Source: Acaryochloris thomasi RCC1774 (lineage in GTDB: Bacteria; Cyanobacteriota; Cyanobacteriia; Thermosynechococcales; Thermosynechococcaceae). From it: 7,049 bases of DNA. The notes beneath the pieces were generated by a model. The model did no database searches and was not told the origin of the DNA. It worked only from the letters and a program-made list of their open reading frames with translations. Location: assembly GCF_003231495.1 (NCBI RefSeq), contig NZ_PQWO01000051.1, forward strand, positions 1-7,049, in the 5' to 3' direction. Positions 1-5,881 of this stretch are shown here, piece by piece (within the stretch, counting starts at the first letter, position 1; each line of letters starts with the position of its first letter). The position numbers were made by a program, and so were the translations under genes.

Positions 1-1
1 G

Positions 2-24
2 GGCACTGTCCAGCTAAGAAGTGA
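2..24. repeat. Terminal inverted repeat of the IS1-family element (transposase-distal end)
   Basis: Pairs with the reverse complement of 1047-1069 at 16/23 positions, including the identical terminal heptamer GGCACTG. Confidence 0.6.
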
Positions 25-658
25 CGCATCTAAAACTTCTGACCACCAATATCTCAGCAATTTCAACTGGCCGCTGGATGAATCCCAACACCATCGCAGG
101 GGTGCGCTTGTGTCGGTGGCCCCAGTGAGGACGGCACCAATTGTGGATCAATCTCTGTACGTTCAATGCTCTCTGTAGTCCCTCAACCTTTTTGGCATAG
201 TGATTCTGGCGTCGGCGATAGCCACTTGCCCGTCGTCTCAAGGAACTGTTGAGTGCTTCATTGTGATTTGCATGGACCTCGCTCTTGGGGCTAATGGCCG
301 TGTAAGGATGCTCTCGATTCACCCACTCTACCCGAGGTTTTCCCTGAGAGCCTTTGATTTTCATTGCCACCTCTAATCCCGCTCGCCACACTTTTCGGAA
401 AGGGTACGCCTGTGTCGTTGCACTCCCTGGCAGGTAGACACTCGCTAGCTTCCACAACTCGTTTGAGTATCGACGTTCTCCATCGGTAAACCAACGAATC
501 GATAAACTCGGTTTAGCCCAATCCCAAGCGGCTTTGACACTCTCTTCAAATAACGCCCCATTCTTGAGACCGGCGCGGGCCTCTAACCAATAGCGACTGT
601 CACGTTCGATGAAATGAATCGTCCAGCCTTCACTGAGCCAGGGGGGGATAATTCTCAC
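14..658 (-). CDS. IS1-family transposase, C-terminal (DDE catalytic) part, +1 frame relative to the upstream part
   Basis: The translation continues the DDE domain: ...PPWLSEGWTIHFIERDSRYW..., WFTDGERRYSNELW, HANHNEALNSSLRRRASGYRRRQNHYAKKVEGLQRALNVQRLIHNW. The last segment resembles the IS1 InsB [21 protein letters not shown]...HYLN region. Removing one C from the coding-strand C7 run (641-647) would fuse it to the 630-1010 frame as ...GENYPPWLSEGW.... Confidence 0.8.
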   Translation of the reverse strand: MRIIPPWLSEGWTIHFIERDSRYWLEARAGLKNGALFEESVKAAWDWAKPSLSIRWFTDGERRYSNELWKLASVYLPGSATTQAYPFRKVWRAGLEVAMKIKGSQGKPRVEWVNREHPYTAISPKSEVHANHNEALNSSLRRRASGYRRRQNHYAKKVEGLQRALNVQRLIHNWCRPHWGHRHKRTPAMVLGFIQRPVEIAEILVVRSFRCVTS

Positions 659-1010
659 CTACGCGAGTGTACACTTCATCACCTTCAATCGTGATATCTG
701 ACTCCTCTGAAGAAGGGGGTGACCAGCTTGATAATTGAGCCGATAAACGCTCTTCCCAGCGGATGATACTGCTGGGGGATTTCCCTAGCACTCTCCCGGC
801 GGCTCTAATACCAAGCCCTTCGGTGCGGGCATTGATGGCCATCGATATTGTCTCGACTGGGGTTCTCAGTCTCGCCATCGGTGTCCCACTGCGCTCGTTA
901 AAGCGACGACCGCAATCTGTACAGAGGAAGTACTGAACCACCTGAGCTGTTTTCAAAGTCTTGGTCCCGTTCTTGACCACATTCTCGTGATGACAATAGA
1001 TGCACTGCAT
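630..1010 (-). CDS. IS1-family transposase, N-terminal part (InsA-like zinc finger + HTH, running into the first DDE motif); frame ends at a C7 run
   Basis: The translation MQCIYCHHENVVKNGT...LCTDCGRRF is a CxxC-x(n)-CxxC zinc ribbon, followed by an HTH-like helix region and IEGDEVYTRVGEN. I place the start at the ATG at 1010-1008 because it sits just before the zinc finger. The ORF track extends to a TTG at 1046, which follows an AAGGAG only 3 nt upstream, so that start is possible but less likely. The frame terminates at 630-632 just after the homopolymer. Confidence 0.75.
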   Translation of the reverse strand: MQCIYCHHENVVKNGTKTLKTAQVVQYFLCTDCGRRFNERSGTPMARLRTPVETISMAINARTEGLGIRAAGRVLGKSPSSIIRWEERLSAQLSSWSPPSSEESDITIEGDEVYTRVGENYPPLAQ

Positions 1011-1046
1011 TAGCCTGAAACTTATACTGAAATTACATTCTAGCAA

Positions 1047-1069
1047 TCACTCCTTAAGGAAGCAGTGCC
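1047..1069. repeat. Terminal inverted repeat of the IS1-family element (transposase-proximal end)
   Basis: The reverse complement GGCACTGCTTCCTTAAGGAGTGA matches 2-24. The DUF29 homology resumes immediately outside it, at about 1070. Confidence 0.6.
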
Positions 1070-1341
1070 TAATCGAGGAAGTTGAGGATTTGGGCGGGCG
1101 CCATCGAGACCGGGTTGAAAGCTATTTGAGTAATTTGCTCCTGCGCCTGCTTAAGCGCGAGTATCAAGCCGATAAGCGAACCACCAGTTGGGACGTAAGC
1201 ATTAAGACATCAGCCCTAAATATTCGTAAAGAGATTAAGCGCCATCCCTCATTACGTCGTCATTGTATTGAAAGCTTTGAAGTGACCTATCAGTATGCAC
1301 GAGAACTAGCGTCGATTGAGTCTCAACTCGACCGACCTTGA
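1070..1341 (+). pseudogene. DUF29-family protein gene, 5'-truncated by the IS1-family insertion
   Basis: The translation from about 1072 is IEEVEDLGGRHRDRVESYLSNLLLRLLKREYQADKRTTSWDVSIKTSALNIRKEIKRHPSLRRHCIESFEVTYQYARELASIESQL. This follows the DUF29 pattern as I recall it (IEEIESLGrsekrel.s.l..Ll.HLLKw.YQp.krsrSW..TI.eqR..I..ll...PSLk..l...)). The roughly 45 N-terminal residues typical of the family are absent. The first 23 codons of the 1000-1341 ORF are antisense IS sequence, not DUF29. Confidence 0.75.
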
Positions 1342-1348
1342 TTTAAGA

Positions 1349-1362
1349 AATATGCGCATATT
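1349..1362. repeat. Perfect 14-bp palindrome AATATGCGCATATT in the convergent intergenic region
   Basis: It is self-complementary by direct reading. It lies 8 nt after the DUF29-remnant stop, at the point where base composition switches to AT-rich. No T-tract follows, so it is not a convincing intrinsic terminator. Confidence 0.2.
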
Positions 1363-1453
1363 CTACACTATCAAAATCAAATTCCATAAGAAATAATATA
1401 TTTGAGCAGATAGGTTGTGCACATCCCTATTATTGTTCTTATCAGCAAATAGT

Positions 1454-3742
1454 TTATAGTGCAGAGATATTGAAGATTTTTTGTAAATGCATTTCAACCA
1501 TTGCTTTTTCTCTGCCAGTCAAATCAGATTGGGTGGCAGTCGATAACCGAAGATAATTCAGGTAAGAAACCCAGTCCTTATCTTGCAACCAGTCTTTACT
1601 CGAATTATTGCTATTAATGATCCAATATGACCAAACAACCGTGTCAAGAATAATAATTGGCCAGTCTTTTACGTGGTTGTGAATTCGCTTTTGACACTCA
1701 ACTAATCTACGTATATCTCTTTCTATCTCCTGAATATGATAAGTATACTGTTTTGACTCAATATAGTAGTTCAATCGATAAACTACTATTTGCGAAATCA
1801 AGACCGGGTCATTAAAGGCAAGTTTCTCAGCTTTCAAAAGATCAGAAAAGCCATTCTCCGCGTAGGGAAATCTAAAGTCAGGTTCTCTGTTTATATCATC
1901 AGCGCTAAGAAGACAATTAAGTATTAATGTTTGATTACCTCTTTCAAGATAATATCGAGACTCATCTGAATCAATATGCTTTCTTCTTAGATCAATAGCT
2001 CTGTCGATTAACCTTAGGCTTTCTCTCAGGCCGAGAACTGAGTAATTTGTTTTTCTAACACAGATAGACAAAAAGTAGAACCCTTCAGATGGATATACAA
2101 ATGTCATATTCTTAGGAGAAGATGTTAGAGCCAGCTCGCAATATCTTTTCGCCAGCTTCCATTCACCTAAAGTACTTAATACAAATGACAGTGCAAGAAT
2201 TCTTTCGTACTTTGCATCGCTACTCAAATCCTTCTGAGTATTGAATGAATCTAGTATTTCCCACCACTGGACGGACAAAACTTTGGAGTAGTCCTCAATG
2301 AATTTCTTCGCTTCATTTGAATAAAAGTGCAAAGAATAGAGTGATATAGCTTTTTTGCTATGCAGCTCATGTTTCGTATCTGAGCTAACCACTTGTATAT
2401 CGAGGTTGGATTTAGAAGAGGCTGTTACAGCCTGTAGAGATACTCCCAATGTATGATGAGCCTTTTTCCACTCATCTGCTATGTTATCAACTCTTACTTC
2501 CAAGCGATGTCCTAGGTCTTCATTATTTCTAATGAACTTCATTAATCGATGAACGGACAACTGGCTAGGACGATCTGTCGGAATAATAGATCTGCTATGT
2601 GCATCATATTGCTCTGATTTACTTACATCTACTATGGTGGCAGCATTGATCCAAAATTTCCTGATATTTTGAAGCTTCTCAAAATTCTTTTTGAGAAAAT
2701 CATGAACCTCTAATTCTCCCTCTTCCTTTCTCCGTGATGCTTTGTTTGAAGACTCAATAAAATTTGTTACGGTATAAAGATGCTCTTTTAGTTCGTCGGT
2801 TGTGGTGCGCCGATAAAAATCGAGGAAAATCCTCGGATGTCTCAAAGATGACAAAGAAGGTTTCTTTTTAGGATGCTCACTTTCACTCAATCTGTGCATT
2901 GCTTCGCTTCTAGTAACCAAAACTATCTTTATTTGGCGTTGACTCAATACCTGATTCATCTTGTCAATGGTTCCTAGTGCTATCGCATCCAGATAGCACG
3001 AGTTGGAGCTTGACTCATGCCGCCTCAAAGTAATCAGTTTTTTGTATCTTCTCAATACTGGCTCACTAACCTTCTCTTCGTGGGAAAAATTAAAACTTGA
3101 ATCATAGTTTTGGATAAATGATGTAGCATCCTGAAATAACTCATCACTTGTCAAGTTCATTAAGCGCTGTAGAGGAAGTGAGTGCTGCAAAAAAACACCT
3201 AGTAATGTTGAGGAGTGTTCGGTCAAGAACTCCCATGCTTTATTGAACTCACTATCATTTAAGTCTTTACTATTATCTGTTCTTTTAAGTAAGTCTTGAA
3301 ATGTAGAGTTTTCTTGAAGATATTTTAATTCTTTTGCTATTTCATAGTCGGATGATAGTATCTTGGAAAGTTCTTCTTTTGAGAGATTGGAAAGCAAAAA
3401 ATCCCATTCTTTTTCGTAGGATTGTAGTAAAATGCATCTCTTTGATTGATGAAATAAGAAGTGTAATGCATTGTACTGTAAAGCTAAAGCAACGCTATCC
3501 GGTATGTCTTGAAATATTGAAAATTCTTTAGCAGTTTTTTCCCTAAATACATATGCATATATTTCAGAGAAATCAACTGCATAAACATATTCAAAGTGTT
3601 CTTCTTCCCGATCCTCAATTACCTGTGATAATTCCCTTTTTAGTATTCGACAAAGATTCGTGTACTTCTTTATCCCTATTTTGTCAGGTATCTTTATCTC
3701 ACCAGCAAAGTTAGTTTCATAGGAAGTATCATAAGAAAACAT
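1454..3742 (-). CDS. Hypothetical 762-aa protein (operon gene 3); the C-terminal half looks like TPR-like/alpha-solenoid repeats and the N-terminal region is unassigned
   Basis: This is an uninterrupted 2.3 kb ORF in AT-rich DNA, where random stops would be frequent. An SD-like GCAGG sits about 8 nt upstream of the ATG (minus-strand sequence AAAAGCAGGTTTATTATG). Only 15 nt separate it from the upstream gene. Residues ~465-660 contain TPR-like amphipathic segments (for example AKYERILALSFVLSTLGEWKLAKRYCELALTSSP and ESLRLIDRAIDLRRKH). I could not spot a Walker A/P-loop motif. Confidence 0.85.
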   Translation of the reverse strand: MFSYDTSYETNFAGEIKIPDKIGIKKYTNLCRILKRELSQVIEDREEEHFEYVYAVDFSEIYAYVFREKTAKEFSIFQDIPDSVALALQYNALHFLFHQSKRCILLQSYEKEWDFLLSNLSKEELSKILSSDYEIAKELKYLQENSTFQDLLKRTDNSKDLNDSEFNKAWEFLTEHSSTLLGVFLQHSLPLQRLMNLTSDELFQDATSFIQNYDSSFNFSHEEKVSEPVLRRYKKLITLRRHESSSNSCYLDAIALGTIDKMNQVLSQRQIKIVLVTRSEAMHRLSESEHPKKKPSLSSLRHPRIFLDFYRRTTTDELKEHLYTVTNFIESSNKASRRKEEGELEVHDFLKKNFEKLQNIRKFWINAATIVDVSKSEQYDAHSRSIIPTDRPSQLSVHRLMKFIRNNEDLGHRLEVRVDNIADEWKKAHHTLGVSLQAVTASSKSNLDIQVVSSDTKHELHSKKAISLYSLHFYSNEAKKFIEDYSKVLSVQWWEILDSFNTQKDLSSDAKYERILALSFVLSTLGEWKLAKRYCELALTSSPKNMTFVYPSEGFYFLSICVRKTNYSVLGLRESLRLIDRAIDLRRKHIDSDESRYYLERGNQTLILNCLLSADDINREPDFRFPYAENGFSDLLKAEKLAFNDPVLISQIVVYRLNYYIESKQYTYHIQEIERDIRRLVECQKRIHNHVKDWPIIILDTVVWSYWIINSNNSSKDWLQDKDWVSYLNYLRLSTATQSDLTGREKAMVEMHLQKIFNISAL

Positions 3743-3757
3743 AATAAACCTGCTTTT

Positions 3758-4780
3758 CTATACAATTTCATGAAAAAGGCCTAGTTTCTCTGGATCGGTA
3801 ATCGATGCCACTAAGTCTTCACGAATAAATTTTCGAGTGCGTTCGGCCAGAGTGTTTAGGCCTTCTCCTCTAGATTCTCTAAGCTGTTCAAATAGTTCAA
3901 AAACTGTCTGAAAATAGTATATTGACTCCTGGTCCTCTTTTACTAAGACAGCTTCGCAATTATTGAGTGGATTAGTTGATGAAATAGCGATTTCGCGATT
4001 ATGGTAACTTAAGTGTATTGCTGGAGTGGAACCTGAGCAGAGCAATTGAATGAATGGCTTCCAATAGTCTGAATTCATTCTAAAAAAAACATCAGCTATC
4101 GTAGAGATAGAGACAATTCTTACAAACTCTGACATTGTTATAGAGTAATTGTTAGCTATTTCATCTGTAATATTTGTGCCTTTGGATACGTCAATACTAT
4201 TGGCAAAAATAGGGAAGTATATATAGTAATCTTCTGGTTCACACGTGCAGAGACCTAGAAAAATAATTGGAGCATAGTTCTTAAAATGCTCTTTTCTGCT
4301 CAGCTCTAAAAAAAGTTTCTTCACTTTGGGTAAAGGGGCAAAACCGGCGATTGTAGAAAGCAAGATGGCTGTAGTTCTATATTCTTCGTCTAAGCTCAAT
4401 CTATGTAGCTTCTGCTGTAAAAAAATCACTCTGAACTGCTCAATAGATTTTGATGCTCGAAGATAGGCTGCGAGATAAGAAAGCCGTTGAAGAGTTATGC
4501 CTCGATGTGCTGAAGGGGACCATTCACATATAGCTGTTACTGTTGCAGCCTTGAATTCCTCTTGCTTGCGAGGCTCGAGATTCTTGAAAAGATTTTGAAG
4601 CTGTAAAAGTGCTGAACTTCTATGGCTAAGTTCTAGATCATCAAACTTGATACCATCAGGATTAGAAAAGGCTATAAGGAGAGCTGTAGAAAGAGTCTCT
4701 TCTGTATGCGAGTTTATCCATTCTAGATTTGCCTGATCAGCTTCAGTTATTGTGTCTTCCTTTTTTTGTATATCTTGCAT
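3758..4780 (-). CDS. Hypothetical 340-aa protein (operon gene 2), predicted mostly alpha-helical, no recognisable catalytic motif
   Basis: This is an uninterrupted 1 kb ORF, co-directional with its neighbours, 34 nt downstream of gene 1 and 15 nt upstream of gene 3. The sequence is leucine- and helix-former-rich with no motif I recognise. It contains T8 (4082-4089, read on the coding strand) and A7 (4761-4767, read on the coding strand) runs without frame disruption. Confidence 0.8.
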   Translation of the reverse strand: MQDIQKKEDTITEADQANLEWINSHTEETLSTALLIAFSNPDGIKFDDLELSHRSSALLQLQNLFKNLEPRKQEEFKAATVTAICEWSPSAHRGITLQRLSYLAAYLRASKSIEQFRVIFLQQKLHRLSLDEEYRTTAILLSTIAGFAPLPKVKKLFLELSRKEHFKNYAPIIFLGLCTCEPEDYYIYFPIFANSIDVSKGTNITDEIANNYSITMSEFVRIVSISTIADVFFRMNSDYWKPFIQLLCSGSTPAIHLSYHNREIAISSTNPLNNCEAVLVKEDQESIYYFQTVFELFEQLRESRGEGLNTLAERTRKFIREDLVASITDPEKLGLFHEIV

Positions 4781-4814
4781 AATTTCTAAGAAAAGCTTAT
4801 CCTACGTAAATTTA

Positions 4815-5810
4815 CTAATCTCTTCTCAGGTTGTCGAGGACTTCATCTAGCAAAATGCCGAGCTTTATATTGCTTCCTTCTGGAAAATTTATTTCTGTGA
4901 TTTTTTCTTGATTGTGATTGCTGCTTCGTCTTATCCTCCCTAGATTTCGTAATGAGTATTTATTAGAAAAATTTATTTTTGGATGTATAACCTCAGGAGC
5001 ATCAGGCTCACAAGTAGAAAGATTTATGGTTCTACCACAGCCGTCATCCGTCATTACTGAACAATAAACAGAGTCCTTTGTACAATCGCTATCCAAAAAA
5101 GTTGGTGCTTTTAACTCATCTATATTTACTGCTTGAGTTGGGTATTGTATTTCAAGAATACTCTCTCCCGATTGGTAGGCAACAAGACCTAGGCGATCTC
5201 TGACTATGGATCCCAAATCATCGTTTTTTTCAATTGAACTCACCTCCATGATTTCTTGAATAAAGCTTGATTTAGTGATCCAAGCAAACGGACGCCTTGT
5301 CTGCATATAGCTTTCCGCATTATACTTCGTCTCCCAACGCACTAATATGTCTGCAATTTGTTCATCGCTTGGACCCTGATCGTCAAAAATCAAAGTCCCT
5401 TCTTTGATATGATATTTTATGAAACTTTTCCAAGACATAACTCGTGAGACATTAAAATTACTGCTTTTATTTGGGCCATAACTGCATTGACAAAAAAAAG
5501 ATTTTTCATCTAAATCTTTTGTCTTTATTACTTCGTTAAAAATTTTATATGCTTCGATATTTTTTTGAGAAGGGCTCATTTCTTCAAACCTATCTTGGCA
5601 TCTTAGGAATGCCCACTTTTTTGCTAGCTCTTCAAAAAAATCAGATAATGCCTCACCCGGTAAACGATTATTGTCAATATCATGATAAATATTCTTGAGT
5701 GTGAGCCTTCCCTCTATTGATAGATCCATGATTGCTCTCCACTCTTTGATGTAGTCTTTCATTAAAGAACCCCTATTTCTGTGAAAAGTGAATGCTTTTA
5801 GTTGACGCAT
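4815..5810 (-). CDS. Hypothetical 331-aa protein (operon gene 1); possible nuclease-like D...ExK motif; start codon uncertain (alternative ATG at 5762)
   Basis: This is an uninterrupted 1 kb ORF. The ATG at 5810 has no obvious SD. The internal ATG at 5762 (Met17) is preceded by AGGGG about 7 nt upstream and may be the true start. Motifs noted are TLIFDD (aa 139-144) ... ILVRWETK (aa 155-162), and a C-terminal block RDRLGL...KAPTFLD...GCGRTINL...APEVIHP. Confidence 0.8.
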   Translation of the reverse strand: MRQLKAFTFHRNRGSLMKDYIKEWRAIMDLSIEGRLTLKNIYHDIDNNRLPGEALSDFFEELAKKWAFLRCQDRFEEMSPSQKNIEAYKIFNEVIKTKDLDEKSFFCQCSYGPNKSSNFNVSRVMSWKSFIKYHIKEGTLIFDDQGPSDEQIADILVRWETKYNAESYMQTRRPFAWITKSSFIQEIMEVSSIEKNDDLGSIVRDRLGLVAYQSGESILEIQYPTQAVNIDELKAPTFLDSDCTKDSVYCSVMTDDGCGRTINLSTCEPDAPEVIHPKINFSNKYSLRNLGRIRRSSNHNQEKITEINFPEGSNIKLGILLDEVLDNLRRD

Positions 5811-5881
5811 GACTTGAAGTTCAGAATACTTTACGGTTGGCGTTATTGTTTGATTCTTTACTAAGATCTTATGTCTTCTGG

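Larger units (their letters stand above)
2..1069 (-). mobile_element. IS1-family insertion sequence (~1068 bp) with imperfect terminal inverted repeats; transposase reading frame interrupted
   Basis: The imperfect IRs are GGCACTGTCCAGCTAAGAAGTGA (2-24) and the reverse complement of 1047-1069, GGCACTGCTTCCTTAAGGAGTGA. They match at 16/23 positions: the 7 terminal bases and 9 of the innermost 10. The encoded protein has IS1 InsA/InsB-like organisation: an N-terminal CxxC...CxxC zinc finger, an HTH-like segment (ISMAINARTEGLGIRAAGRVLGKSPSSIIRWEE), then DDE-type motifs (GDEVYTRVG; WFTDGERRYSNE; HANHNEALNSSLRRR). The transposase stop codon (14-16) lies inside the IR, as is common for IS elements. 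Confidence 0.75.

Noticed and set aside
291-494. 67-aa ORF on the minus strand inside the IS1-family transposase region
   Set aside because: It lies entirely within, and out of frame with, the much longer transposase ORF (14-658), which carries clear family motifs. It has no motif content of its own and is most likely a spurious overlapping ORF.
630-658. Canonical IS1-type programmed -1 ribosomal frameshift (A6C motif) between InsA and InsB
   Set aside because: There is no A6C-like heptamer. The overlap contains a C7 run, the required shift is +1/-2 rather than -1, and the break lies inside the DDE domain rather than at the InsA/InsB junction.
1000-1069. The first 23 codons of the 113-aa ORF (MHCISLKLILKLHSSNHSLRKQC) as a genuine N-terminus of the DUF29 protein
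   Set aside because: These codons are the antisense strand of the IS 5' UTR and IR, and DUF29 similarity only begins at about 1070. The extension is a by-product of the insertion rather than native coding sequence.
2506-2911. HEPN-type Rx4-6H motifs in the 762-aa protein (RSEAMH at aa 278-283; RNNEDLGH at aa 405-412)
   Set aside because: The motif is short and degenerate and is expected by chance in a 762-aa protein. The first instance follows a beta-strand-like IKIVLVT segment rather than the helical context expected for HEPN. I mention it only as something a profile or structure search would settle.
3334-3531. 65-aa plus-strand ORF antisense to the 762-aa gene
   Set aside because: It is embedded antisense within a long, well-supported ORF. 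It is short with low-complexity hydrophobic content and no RBS that I could see, so I treat it as a chance ORF.
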